The notes under the pieces: model-generated | Database searches by the model: none | What the model saw: only the letters and a program-made list of their open reading frames with translations | Told to the model about the DNA's origin: nothing | Shown: positions 11,809-26,028 of the stretch, piece after piece | How the letters are laid out: the number at the start of each line of letters is the position of its first letter | Position numbering within the stretch: the stretch's first letter is position 1 | Made by a program: the position numbers and the translations under genes | From: Eledone cirrhosa | Taxonomy: Eukaryota | Reading direction: 5' to 3' | Assembly: GCA_964016885.1 (NCBI GenBank) | Contig: OZ024741.1 | Location: forward strand, 228,842,001-228,906,000 | DNA: 64,000 nt

Positions 11809-12201
11809 AACTCAAGAATGAACGTTGTCAGAGTAGATAATGCAACTCAAGAATGAACGTTGTGTTAGAAGATATTTCTTGTTGGTTAGAAATAGATAGA
11901 CTTGGCAATTGCGCTACTGAAACTAAGGCCGGTTAGCCCAGCTGACCCAGGTGATATGGCTAATATCAATACACAATACAAAAATTTACAACAATTAGAT
12001 TTATATATATCAGGATGGATTCAGTTTGAAACAGATTAGATCATTTCGCAACAGAGTACTCGATACCTGGAGTAGTAGATTATGGTTATATTATAAAGGA
12101 TCGGGACCCCAGCGGCTGAGCTCTTTCCATTTCAGCTAGTTCCAGACTATACATATTCATACATATATTCTGTTTACATTTTACACACACACACAAATAT
12201 A

Positions 12202-12299
<98 letters not shown>

Positions 12300-12312
12300 A
12301 TTATATATATAT

Positions 12313-12504
12313 ATAGGAACGAGTAGGACCCCGATAGCTGAGCTCAAGGTGTTTCGACGGCTAATTCTGGACAGAATTAGCCGTCGAAACGGCTTGAGCT
12401 CAGCCGTCGGGGTCCTACTCGTTCCTATTACCCACTCTACTACCCTAAGTATTGAGTACTTTGGTGCGTTATGGTCCACCTGGTTCCTTACCACATTCCT
12501 TCGT
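12313..12504 (+). mobile_element. Family A fold-back element
   Basis: Inverted repeat 12313-12428 plus the common tail, with (TA)n on both sides. Related pieces lie at 1110-1215, 12050-12146, 12724-12985 and 27790-27865. Confidence 0.85.
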
Positions 12505-12520
12505 TATATATATATATATA

Positions 12521-12706
12521 CGATATTAACAAATGGAAACTATATTTATAAAACCATATCTATTTTATTATACATATTTCAAGGATACCATGTTGAATTA
12601 TGGTATGCTTTCATCAGACAATATTTATTTATAAAACTGGTATATATTGTATTTTGTCTGATGAAAGCATACCATAATTTAACATGGTATCCTTGAAATA
12701 TGTATA
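12521..12706. mobile_element. Family D fold-back element with hammerhead cores on both strands
   Basis: Arms 12570-12621 and 12655-12706. Core reads tattttgt-CTGATGA-aagcataccat..atggtatcctt-GAAA-tatgta-TA. Confidence 0.85.
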
Positions 12707-13077
12707 TATATATATATATATATAACGAAGAAAGTGTGGTACTCGATACTATAAGTGGTAGAGTGGGTAATAGGAAAATAGTTGGGGTCCTGATTCTTTT
12801 CCTATATATATATAGGAACATGTTTAACCCCGACGGCAGAGCTCAAGCCCTTTTGACGGCTATTTCTGGACTAAATTAGAATTTAGTCCAAAAATAGCAG
12901 TCGAATTACCCACTCTACTACCATAAGTATTGAGTACTCTGGTGCGTTATGGTCCATCTGGTTCTTTACCACACTTCCTTCGTTATAACTGAAGAGAGGA
13001 TCTGTCCTTTGTTTGTGTTTTCCTTATATTTCTAATCACTCGTTATTAGTAACCACACAGCACATTGTCCCTTCTAA

Positions 13078-13161
<84 letters not shown>

Positions 13162-13201
13162 GATATAAAACAAATGGAAACTACATTTATAAAACCATAT
13201 T

Positions 13202-13267
13202 TATTTCATTATATATATTTCAGGGATATCATATTAAAAATATGGTATGCCCTCTTCAGATAAAATA
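13202..13267 (-). ncRNA. Type I hammerhead ribozyme motif (family D relative)
   Basis: tattttat-CTGAAGA-gggcataccatat..tatgatatccct-GAAA-tatata-TA-atgaaata. The stem II base covaries (ggg/ccc here, aag/ctt at 12665). Confidence 0.85.
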
Positions 13268-13340
13268 CAATATATAAAGTTTTATAAATAAATTTGACAT
13301 ACCTTAGAATTTTTACAACTTCCATTTAAAAAGTTGTTAT

Positions 13341-13415
<75 letters not shown>

Positions 13416-13426
13416 TATTTATATAC

Positions 13427-13477
<51 letters not shown>

Positions 13478-13510
13478 TACATATATATATATATATGCAT
13501 ATTTATATAC

Positions 13511-13561
<51 letters not shown>

Positions 13562-13635
13562 TACATATATATATATATATGCATATTTATATACATATAT
13601 ATATACATATATATATATATACATATATACATATA

Positions 13636-13683
<48 letters not shown>

Positions 13684-13819
13684 GTCCTTGCGGTTGGCTT
13701 ACCGGTGGCTATATTCAATTTGCAAAGCTGTCTAAACGTAATGTTATTATTCTAAGGTAACATACCTTATTGAGTGCTTAGCTGCAGTCAGAGCCTCGAT
13801 TATGCTGTACTTCCATTTG

Positions 13820-13877
<58 letters not shown>

Positions 13878-13878
<1 letters not shown>

Positions 13879-14074
13879 AAGGCGTGTGGTTCGCAATCGT
13901 AAGGTTGGGAGTTCGATTCCTGGACCAGGTAATGCGTTATGTCCTTGAGCAAGACACTTTATTTCACGTTGCTCCTTCTACCTGGAGTTGCGACCGATAG
14001 ATAGTATTAGCAAGTGGAAAGACCAACGGAAACATTGTTCCCTCGGTCCGATTTGACGAAAGTCGATCGTTCCT
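13878..14074 (+). mobile_element. Second tRNA-derived SINE family (OR-like; TGTCCTTGAGCAAGACACTT central domain)
   Basis: B-box GAGTTCGATTCC. An inverted copy lies at 21897-22114. Confidence 0.8.
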
Positions 14075-14075
14075 T

Positions 14076-14107
<32 letters not shown>

Positions 14108-14207
14108 CATACATACATGCTTACATACATACTTACATATGAAAGTATGCATAAATGTATGCGTGTCTCTTTCTCTCTAATGCATGCATATATGTATATA
14201 TGTATGT

Positions 14208-14299
<92 letters not shown>

Positions 14300-14519
14300 A
14301 TGTGTATGTGTGTATTGGTGTGCGTGTTATTTCTTGAGAAACACTTGAAGTGTGTACAACACACTTATGTGTTGATTCGGTCAGTATAAGGGCAATTAGC
14401 TGACTACTTATTGAATTTACATGTATGTATATATGTATGTATGTATACATATATATGTATGTACACATACATATGTATGTATACATATATTTGTATGTAT
14501 ATATATGTGTGTGTACATA

Positions 14520-14593
<74 letters not shown>

Positions 14594-14696
14594 CATGCAT
14601 ATATATATGTTTATATATATGTATGTATACACATATATGTATGTATACATATATATATACACACATACACTCACACACACACACAAACACACACAT

Positions 14697-14818
<122 letters not shown>

Positions 14819-15601
14819 TATTGAAGAATTAAAGGACATGTAAGCCCTTAAACCATTCCAATGTTTGAATGAGTCTAAGTATATATATGTGTGCGCGTGA
14901 ATGTGTGTGTGCGTGTGTGAGTGTATAAAGAAATGTATATACACGCATGTATGTTTCTATGTGTGTGTATGTGTGTGTGCACGTCCACTCGAACTGTTTG
15001 ACTTCATCAGTTTGTATATTTTTAATCTTATTATGTCCTTGTGTCAAAGGAAAAAATCTAAACCAAACAACATGTTAAATAATATTAATGTACCAACCAA
15101 GAATAATACCTATGTACAAACCGTCAATAATAATAAGGGTAATCACAGCTCTGATACTGTGAACATGTGCTAGAATCTCTGGAGAGATTTTACGGGCAAA
15201 ACCACAGTTGCTCCTGACATGACGCATTGGAAGGCGTGCCTGAGAACTCGCAAGAATAAGTGGACAAAAAGAAGAAAGTTTACCGAAACAAGGATTTGAA
15301 TATAGAACGTAATGTGTCGAAAAACATACTATAAGTTATTTTATCCAACGCACTATGAATTCTACTAAACAACGACATTTATGTCTGTCCACGAAAATAT
15401 TACAATAGTGAACTAATTATCGACATAACAAACGGAAATGATTATACTATAATCATTATATATATTATACTATAATTTATAGTATTGTGTTGAATTGAGC
15501 TGTAAAGCTAAGGGATTATCACAACCTAGCTGTTATATTAAAGACAGTAGTTGAGCAATGAATCTATAATCTCATTTGTGATTGTTACAACTGAAATGAT
15601 A

Positions 15602-15775
15602 TACAGGTAAAATTCCGTTATAACGAATACCATTATAACGAATTTTTCAGTATAACGAAATTTGTTTCAATCCCCAACGTAATAACAAACAAACACTCGA
15701 TTTGTTTCGGTCGATCTCGTTATAAAGAATTTTTCGTTACAACGAATTTTTTAAGCCCCGTGAATTTCGTAAAGA
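15602..15775. mobile_element. pogo/Tigger-like MITE remnant
   Basis: TA-CAG start with reiterated CGTTATAACGAA subterminal motifs. The right end is decayed. Confidence 0.55.
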
Positions 15776-15929
15776 AAGACATGTAACCTATGACATAGAC
15801 CCATGCCAAAGTGGAAACATGAACGTTAAACGGTGATGATGTTAGACATAAGGGTATTCTCGCAAATAACAACACTAAGGTCTATAAAGATATTGGCCGA
15901 TTGCCTATTACTAAAGAAAATAATTATTA

Positions 15930-16052
15930 TTTCTACTTTGGGCACAAGGCTAGCAATTACCTCAGTGTATTACTGGTACTTTATTTTATCGACCCCGTAA
16001 GGATGAAAGGCAAAGTTAACCTCGGCAGGAATTGAACTCAGATCATAAAGGG
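15930..16052 (-). mobile_element. OK-like SINE, truncated
   Basis: Family match. Confidence 0.85.
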
Positions 16053-16171
16053 AATAATACTGGTTAGTATCTGTAAAGACAACCACAATTTACCTATAAG
16101 GTTAGACATTGTCGCATTCTAGAAAATCACAACACTAGAATCTGTAAAAACGATAGATTACTAGTAAGGAA

Positions 16172-16338
16172 CAGGTTCGGGTTAAGTTTTTTGAGGCCCT
16201 AAAGGCTTAAAAGATTATCGTGAGCCCTGCAAAAACAATTGGGAATAACAAATACAATTAATTTCAATGAAATAGTGCCCCTCTTCCCTTGATACCCTAA
16301 GCATGTGTTTATTTTGCTTAATGGTTAATCCAGTCCGG
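16172..16338. mobile_element. Decayed hAT-like MITE
   Basis: Imperfect TIRs caggttcgggttaa / ttaatccagtccgg with internal gggcc/ggccc-type motifs. Confidence 0.45.
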
Positions 16339-16677
16339 ATAAAGATATCTGCAAGGGTCTGTAAGGACATTGACAGTTTATTTACAAGTATAGATAATTT
16401 TCAGAAATTAGCCATTCTAGGATCTGTAAATAGTGTTGCCCAAATAATTAAAGACATCACTTAAGGAATGTCTCTATCATTTCATTAATAATTGGGACAA
16501 CCATTTCTGTAAAGATATCAACAGATTTCCTATCAGGATTCACATAGGTAAGTTGCAGAATAAAGCAGTTCTAAGGTTACCAAATGATGATGATTATTCT
16601 ATTAAAGACATTACTATGGTTATATACCCATCCTCGTATTTGTAATTGTAGATGTTGTTATATTTGTGGTTGTTGTT

Positions 16678-16897
16678 AAGGGCGATAGGTTGGCAGAATC
16701 GTTAGAGCGTCGGTCAAAATCATTTGCGGTATTTAGTTACGACCCTTTATGTTCTAGGCTCAAATCCCGCCAAGCTCAACTTTGCCTTTCATACTTTCGT
16801 GGTCAATAAAATAAAGTACCAGTAATGCACTAGGATCGATTTAATCGACTTTCCCCTCTCCAAAACTGTTAGCATTGTTCTTAAATCAGAAACCAAT
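16678..16897 (+). mobile_element. OK-like SINE, full length
   Basis: A-box-like tggcagaatcg, B-box and family core. Confidence 0.85.
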
Positions 16898-17597
16898 ATT
16901 GTTGTTACTTTCAGTATTACTGTTGTTGATGTTGTTGTTTAATTATAAACATCGTTGTTATTTAGATTATTTTTTTTTAATTGTTGGTATTGTTGCTCTT
17001 CCCATTATTCTTTTAATTCAAGATTATGAATAACATCTACTACAAATGAAAGGTGTCAATCGTCTCAACCCATCCCTATGTATAATTGCTCACACCTATT
17101 TCATAATAAATATAAACAAAAGCAACAACAATAACACCAAAAGCATCAACAACAACAAAAGTGAGTTGGTGTAAACCACCAACTCACTGTTGTTGTTGTT
17201 GTTGTTGTTCATGTCTAACAGGTCAATAACCTTGCATTACCTCCCTGGTTGCAATTCACCTTCAACTAGAAACAACGTCGAAACATCTCATTTAACACCA
17301 ACGCCACCAAAAAACAACATCAAAACCAACGAAAACTATATCATATGACAACACTACCACTCCACCCCACCTAACACCATTCCTTATTTTTACTTCAAAT
17401 TATTCCTACCACCACTAACACCGCTAACAACAACAACACTTACAAGTAACACACAACAAATACTACTACTGTCAGTACTGCAAACAGCAACAACACTGGC
17501 CCGCCCTCTGATTCAAATTAAGTTTAAAGAACTATTGAGAAATACTTCAGTGAAGCGTTAAACATTGAGGTGTAAAGACAGACACACACACAAATGT

Positions 17598-17672
<75 letters not shown>

Positions 17673-17719
17673 TACATACACACAAGCAAACAAACATACA
17701 TACATACACACATATAGGA

Positions 17720-19030
17720 ATGCATATACAGGAAAATAAACATACAAAACATACACACACGCAAACATACATACACATACGCACACATACATACACACAC
17801 GCACATATATACATTCATTCATACATACATATATACACACTCACATACATTCATACACGCATACATACACACACACATATAGACATGCATACACAGGAAA
17901 ATAAACATACATACATACACACACGCAAACATACATACACACACGCACACATACATACACACACACACATATATACATTCATTCATTCATACATATATAC
18001 ACACTCACATACATACATACACGCCTACATACACACACACATACAGACATGCATACACAGGAAAATAAACATACATACATACACACACGCAAACATACAT
18101 ACACATACGCACACATACATACACACACACACATATACATTCATTCATTCATACATACATACATATATACACACTCACATACATACACGCATACATACAC
18201 ACACAGATACAGACATGCATACACAGGAAAATAAACATACATACACACACGCAAACATACATACACATACGCACACATACATACACACACACACACATAT
18301 ACATTCATTCATTCATACATACATACATATATACACACTCACATACATACACGCATACATACACACACACATACAGACATGCATATACAGGAAAATAAAC
18401 ATACATACATACACACACGCAAACATACATACACATACGCACACATACATACACACACACACATATATACATTCATTCATTCATACATACATATATACAC
18501 ACTCGCATACATACATACACGCATACATACACACACACATACAGACATGCATATACAGGAAAATAAACATACATACATACACACACGCAAACATTCATAC
18601 ACATACGCACACATACATACACACACACACATATATACATTCATTCATACATACATATATACACACTCACATACATACATACACGCATACATACACACAC
18701 ACATACAGACATGCATACACAGGAAAATAAACATACAAAACATACACACACGCAAACATACATACACATACGCACACATACATACACACACTCACATATA
18801 TACATTCATTCATTCATACATACATATATACACACTCACATACATACATACACGCATACATACACACACACATACAGACATGCATACACACGAAAATAAA
18901 CATACAAAACATACACACACGCAAACATACATACACATACGCACACATACATACACAGACACACATATATACATTCATTCATACATACATACATACATAT
19001 ATACACACTCACATACATACATACACGCAA
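17720..19030 (+). repeat. Minisatellite, about 8 copies of a ~165-bp CA-rich unit
   Basis: Anchor atgcatayacaggaaaataaacatac recurs at about 17720, 17885, 18049, 18215, 18379, 18547, 18711 and 18880. Confidence 0.9.
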
Positions 19031-20159
19031 ACATACATACATACATACAATACATACATACGCACACACAGCAAACCTACATACATACACACACGCACAC
19101 ATACATACACGCACACGCATACATACATTTATTCATACATACATACATATATACACACATACATGCACGCATACATACATACATACATGGTGGCTGCCAA
19201 CTCGTTTTCGAGTACGGCCACTACTTTATATCCATGTAGGAGAACCCCTACCGATGCGCTGAACGAGTGTGACTTCTTAGTCCAGCCTGCGACTTGAAAA
19301 CTCTGGTACAAACACTACACTTGTGACAATTATTGACACATAGTGCTGGGCCCATGGTACCATGTGACGACAAGTGCAGAGAGATCTCCAGATATAAAGC
19401 AATGCCTGTGACGTGAAGCTTTTATAGTGAGCAAAGGCACTGCACAAAGCCAGTCCCACTCTCTTAACCAAGATGATATTTACCAAAAAGAAGAACAAGT
19501 CAACATCATTGGATATCATCAGGGTTGCAGGTGTTATATCAGAGTTTTCCTTCTCCCACATACATACATACATACATACATACATACATACATACATACA
19601 TACATACATACATACATACTCAAGTGTATACACAATATAGAATACCAACTGAGGTTAAGGCATTTGTAGTTACCTAGTCCACCGTCTTTGATTACAATCA
19701 ACATTGTCTTGCATGCAGCAGGTGTTATATCGTCACACACACACACAAACATATACTTAACTCTCTCTCTATATATATATGTTTGTGTGTGTGTGTGTGT
19801 GAGAGAGAAAGAGAAAGAGAGAAAGAGAGAGAGAGAGTGTGTGTGTGTGTGTGTGTACGTGTGTATGTGTGAGTATGTGTGCACGCATGTATGTACGCGT
19901 TATGAATGCTGTGTGCGTTTGTATGTGTATGCGTCTGAGAGGGTGTGTTCGTTTGGGGATATATATGTTATATACATATATATATATATATAAATATATA
20001 TAAATATACACGGGTGTGTATAATTGTGTATAGAAGATTATATTAATAAAAGGAATTCCAACTTTGTCTGATTTACTCGTTTTATTTACAATCCTTTAAA
20101 ATTATAATGATATTATAATGAAATAGTATGGTAGAATATTAAATGTTAAATGTTAATTC

Positions 20160-20194
20160 AACAAGTACTTTCATGCTTTCGCAATCTTCAGGTT
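20160..20194 (-). ncRNA. Minimal type I hammerhead ribozyme motif inside fold-back element 20041-20280
   Basis: aac-CTGAAGA-t-tgc-gaaa-gca-t-GAAA-gtac-TT-gtt. Confidence 0.7.
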
Positions 20195-20605
20195 CATATT
20201 CAGTGGTGACATGCCAACTTGACTGTCACTACTGAATATGAACCTGAAGATTGCGAAAGTTGGAATTCCTTTTATTAATATATATATATATATATATACA
20301 GGTCTGTGTTTCTTTTTATCATTTATTTTGTTTTGACCTGTTTAGCTTGATTTGCTCTTTGGCTTAGGTGGTTGATGCTTTCTTGACCACTTTTTCAATT
20401 TTGTATGGCGTTTTAACATATTGTTTAGCTCTGGTTTTTTTAACTATGGAGCGCTTGCGTTTCGTTTCGATTTTTCTACCCGCCGAAATGCGATTCTCGC
20501 TGAATTTATATATATATATATATATATATATATGAGGGAATAAACTCTGTGAATGAACATTGCTAATTTTCTCCCTCATATCAAGAATTTGAAGACAATT
20601 AATTT

Positions 20606-20651
20606 TCACCTGAGGAGATCGATCGATCTCTTATTGAAACATGTGTCGTGA
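20606..20651 (+). ncRNA. Type I hammerhead ribozyme motif (irregular stem II)
   Basis: tcac-CTGAGGA-...-GAAA-catgtg-TC-gtga overlapping ATTAAA. The island is flanked by (TA)n. Confidence 0.7.
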
Positions 20652-20690
20652 TTAAAATGAATGGAAATTTTACCTTGCCTTCGGATTTTC

Positions 20691-20765
<75 letters not shown>

Positions 20766-20896
20766 CATATATATATAAACAATGAGTTATATGTTTTGCT
20801 GATAAATATTCAACAGAGTTATGTTCATAATAGATACTCTACAGTTAAAATTTATCTGGAGTAGTAAATGGAAAATATCCCGATAGCTTGATATTT

Positions 20897-20955
20897 ATAT
20901 TATTATACATAGTTCAAGGATACCAAATTAGAGTATTCTTTCATCAGATAAAATA
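20897..20955 (-). ncRNA. Decayed hammerhead motif (family D relative)
   Basis: tattttat-CTGATGA-aagaatac..gtatcctt-GAAC(mutated)-tatgta-TA-ataa. Confidence 0.6.
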
Positions 20956-21249
20956 CAATATTTGATGTATAAGATAGTGACATATCCAAAATATAGACTT
21001 CTACGGTCAGCTTTAATATGTATATATGTATATATATATATTTTAAATAAACATGTTTTAACGGTCTATTCTCCGATTTTTGCTTTCCCACGTGCTTACG
21101 CTCTGCTAACTCTCTAGCCCACTAAATATTAACACTTCGAATATTTAATACTGCCGGTACTAGTATCGAGCACCTTTGGCATACGCTACTTGGCAAATAA
21201 CTATATGTATCACCTATCCCTCCTTTTTCTCTCTTTCTCGATACGTAAA

Positions 21250-21318
<69 letters not shown>

Positions 21319-21896
21319 TATACGTGTTTGTGTGTCTGCGCGTAGTCAATTCTCTTCCCATCCTCATTACTGAAGGTCGGGGACCATGGAAAATATATAT
21401 GTCCATGACTCTCCTCGGGAAAAAAAGTCGGTGAGTCCCGAATCCTCGTCCTACGATTACTCAGAAGCTAACTACTGAACCGCAGCTCATCTGCCTTCCT
21501 AACAAGGATAAATCATTTGACCACTTGAAACGTTGTAACTTAAGTAACTAAGGAGTCCTATTTACCCCGTTTTGAAATCAGAATGATCCTTCTCTTAAAC
21601 ATACGGCTAACAAGAGTTAGCGAGCTCTGTCTACCCGTATTGGATGGCCGTTGAACTCTTCGGAGTTTCTGGGTCTCGTTGACAGGTTTTGTTTTTCATA
21701 CTGCAGGGTGTCCAAAAGTCACCCTCCGCTCCTAGCCAGCTTGCAGGGGTTGCCGGATTAGTCGCCGATGACATAACATAACCATGTGACGGTTTGTACT
21801 ATATATATATACATACATCCATACATATGTATATATGTATATATGTATACATGTATAGCTATCTATCTATCTATCTCTCTCTCTATATATATATAT

Positions 21897-22114
21897 AAGG
21901 AACGATTGACTTTCGTCAAATCGGACCGAGGAAACAATGTTCCGTTGGTCTTTCCAGTTGCTAATACTATCTATCGGTCGCAACTCCAGGTAGAAGGAGC
22001 AACGTGAAATAAAGTGTTTTGCTCAAGGATATAACGCATTGCTTGGTCCGGGAATCGAACTCACAACCTCACGATTGCGAATCCAATTCTCTAACCACTC
22101 AGCCACATGCCTTC
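21897..22114 (-). mobile_element. OR-like SINE
   Basis: Reverse complement of 13878-14074. Confidence 0.8.
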
Positions 22115-22117
22115 ACA

Positions 22118-22202
<85 letters not shown>

Positions 22203-22338
22203 TAAAGTGGTCCTTCATCAGTGATCTTCCAACCATCATCGGTATTTCTTCGCTTTAAAGACTATATACCTCAGGTTGGTGCGAGCAACGGCTAAAGAAA
22301 GTCGTTGGGACATGTAAATAAAGGGAACAGCGAGAGTG

Positions 22339-22381
<43 letters not shown>

Positions 22382-22859
22382 ATAAAATTGAAATTAAATT
22401 AAAAGATATATGTATATACAGAGAGAAAAAGCTTTATATTGTTTGAGAAAAACAAAGTATTTTGTATATATATAAAGGCCGTTATATTCAGGAAAAATAC
22501 GTACTTCAAGCTTCTTTCCTGATGGTACCATTTCAGGATTCGAAAACCACAACAAAACTTGATTTAAGCAATCGATCATCGATCACTAACTATCGATTTT
22601 AGTAAAGACACGGGTGATGCGAATCAATCATCAGAGTAATTTCGTCTTTGAATAAAGTTCCAATAGAGCATAGAGTACAAAATACTTTTATATCTGTCGG
22701 AATCCAAGAGTTAGACATTATAGACACCATGGAGTAAGAAGGTTTTAACTGTGGCGGCAGATATAAACAGGACTGGACGCCATATCCGCTAGAAAGAGGT
22801 GTGAAGTACTAGAGACAGCGTGAGCAGCTCAAAAGGTTAATAATTTGGAGCAGTTATAT

Positions 22860-23100
<241 letters not shown>

Positions 23101-23174
23101 TATATATATATATATATATAGTAATTAAGTCATATATGTAAAATTTGGCTTCGTTTATTATAAATTATAGATAT

Positions 23175-23229
23175 ACTGCTATATATATTTCGGTGACAGC
23201 CATCATTGACTGTGACCTCTTCAGGCAGT
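23175..23229 (-). ncRNA. Type I hammerhead ribozyme motif
   Basis: actgc-CTGAAGA-ggtcacagtc..ggctgtcacc-GAAA-tatata-TA-gcagt. A fold-back hairpin lies nearby at 23303-23354. Confidence 0.9.
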
Positions 23230-25312
23230 CCGAATTGGTGTGGGACAGACAGGGACACATGTTGTTGAAGTGTGTTTTACTCCGTCAATACATCGATATG
23301 CCCAGCTCCTGGTTGTGTTGTTATTTCTCTGAGAAATAACACAACCAGGAGCTGTCAGACTTCATTAACGTTGTTGAAACACTCATAGGAAATACAACGT
23401 AAAGCAAAATAAATTTTACAGTATCTTCAATAATATAAACAAAGGTATTTGCCACAAAACATCAGTTTTTGTTTTAATAAAGACCGACACACTTATAATA
23501 TTCAACATGGAAATGTCTGTGTTATACATACACATAATCAAGATAGATATAACCAATATGGTAATTATCTATTTAAAAGCAACGAAAAAACATGTCCAAG
23601 ATTTGTTGTGCATTTTGTTCCTTCTGTATAGTTCCTTGTTCAGTTATATCCTTAGTTATCTTTGAGGATTCTTTTCGGTGACAAATGGCTATAGCTTTAT
23701 CTAAAAATTGGAAACGCCCAGACAAATCTTTAATTGTTAAAAGTTGTGATGGTTCCGCATTTTCTTTAGATATATCTTTACCTTGTGATTCAAGTAACTT
23801 TTCTACCTCTCCGTAATTTATTTAATTAAATTCAACTTCATGTTCCAACCCAGCAATCACCTGATGAACATTTTGAATTTACTGTTCATCTAAATACCAG
23901 GACTTAACCGACTGCTTCCTTTTCGTGCCGGTCACTATTGAGACCTCCGGTGTCTTCTGTCCCTGAACTTTATCTCGCTTGAGAAAAGAGTCCCGTGAGG
24001 TAGAATGACTGATGTAGCGGTTGTCACTGGCTGATCTCCACGGCATTACTTTAGATATCTTGTCCGCACAGCTGAGATATACCGCATTGACTGACTTTAG
24101 CCTCTCTTACCATTAAATTATTTTCTCTTTTATTTATTTCTTACATTTTTTAACATTGATTTTCAATAAAGTTTTTCGATTTAGATAAATAGACGGGAAA
24201 ACGGAGGAAGTCTGCAATGTTATCTTGATAGATTTTACTCGAGTCAAGTTGTTTTCTTGTCATGCTTCTGTTAAGTTTTCAATAGCATTCATGATATGGT
24301 AAGTACGCCAAACTTCCTGTATATAAGGTTTAGTTTGCCCATCTAAGACCATAATGTTTTTAAGGGTGTCCTGTAAAATGTCAGATTATAAATATAGCAA
24401 TAACTTCCTGGTCCATAGGCTGACTTACGCTTGCTGTGTTTGAAGGCAAAATGACATTATTTGTCAACTCATCCATGTTACGCGGATGGCCTGGGGCTTG
24501 TCCACTAGAAGCAGGGCTTTAATTTCAAGGCTCTTAGCCTGATTATATTCATTGACAACTGGGAAAAAACAAAGTTCCGGTTATCCATCTCATTTTATTT
24601 GATCACCATATAGCGTGAGCATGAGATTTAGAGTAGTCCTGCACAGGTACTGGCATCTCAGGACCATAAGTAGTCAGTGACTCAAGCTTTATATCACCTG
24701 AATGATTGCTACTTATAGAAGAACCATACAATCTTTGGAAACCTTGGAACTAAGCTCGTTTAGGGGTTCATTTCAAATCAAGCCTGTTTCATCTACGATG
24801 AGAATTTACTGCAATAAGCGATTGATGTAAGAAGCATTGAGAAATTTGAAATATAAGATGTTTGAATCCCAACCCAAATAACGTTAATAACAGTTGGTCC
24901 TCCTTTTTCCGTGTCCAGGGGTATTTAACCCGATTTTCTTAACTATTATTAATAGTGATCTTCAATAAAGCTGAAAAAGCAGATGTGATTCTTTGTCGGC
25001 ATCTCCAAACTGATCTGTCTTCTGTGTGTTATGGAGTTTTCAGTGATTCATGAAATGCTCATAACAACCAAGATTTCCAGAAGGCTTCAACATTCAGCAT
25101 TTGCGGTTTGGTTTTTTGTTTGTTTGTTTTTTTGTCAACGTCATATAAACTTAAAGTTTACGTTTGTAAGGCAAGTAGCAAGTTAACAAAAATGTTATCT
25201 TCAATGCATACGGGTAAAAGACTTCCCATAATTTCTATTGTATTTGTTTTATACCTAGTTAATGGTTTAGCAACTTCAGGTGTAACATTTTGAACACGAG
25301 ATTAAATGTTTT

Positions 25313-25345
<33 letters not shown>

Positions 25346-25598
25346 ATATATATAGAGAGAGAGTGAGAGAGAGCGAGGTAGATAGATAGATAGATATGTG
25401 TGTGTATACATTGAGTATGTGCAAATATGCATAGATATATACAAAATTAACAAAGGACTTATTAGATCTACATAGCAAAATTATCAAATTAAATTATTAT
25501 AGAATACCAACAAGTGAAGTCATTCTTTTCCTTTTTCAAATATATATATACACACGTATGTGCGTGAATAGTGTATAGGCTACCTTACGGACGTGCAA

Positions 25599-25760
<162 letters not shown>

Positions 25761-25811
25761 AGGAGGTGAGTTTTATTGTAGTACAATTTTAACCTTCATA
25801 TCATGTCCTCC

Positions 25812-25882
25812 TATTTTATCTGATGAAAACACAAATGTTATTGCATGATGATATTTGTTTTTGAAATGCGCATAATAAAATA
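25812..25882 (+). ncRNA. Type I hammerhead ribozyme motif
   Basis: tattttat-CTGATGA(25820)-aaacacaaatgttatt..gatgatatttgtttt-GAAA(25863)-tgcgca-TA-ataaaata. Confidence 0.9.
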
Positions 25883-25941
25883 CATGGACCTCATTTAACC
25901 ATCTTTTGATCTTATATATTATAAATATATATATATATATA

Positions 25942-26028
<87 letters not shown>

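Noticed and set aside
17720-19030. CRISPR-like or coding tandem array
   Set aside because: The context is eukaryotic, the units are homologous throughout, and there are no unique spacers or cas genes.
23355-25300. Possible host exons in higher-complexity sequence
   Set aside because: There is no sustained ORF or recognisable domain. It looks like decayed transposon sequence that I could not classify reliably.
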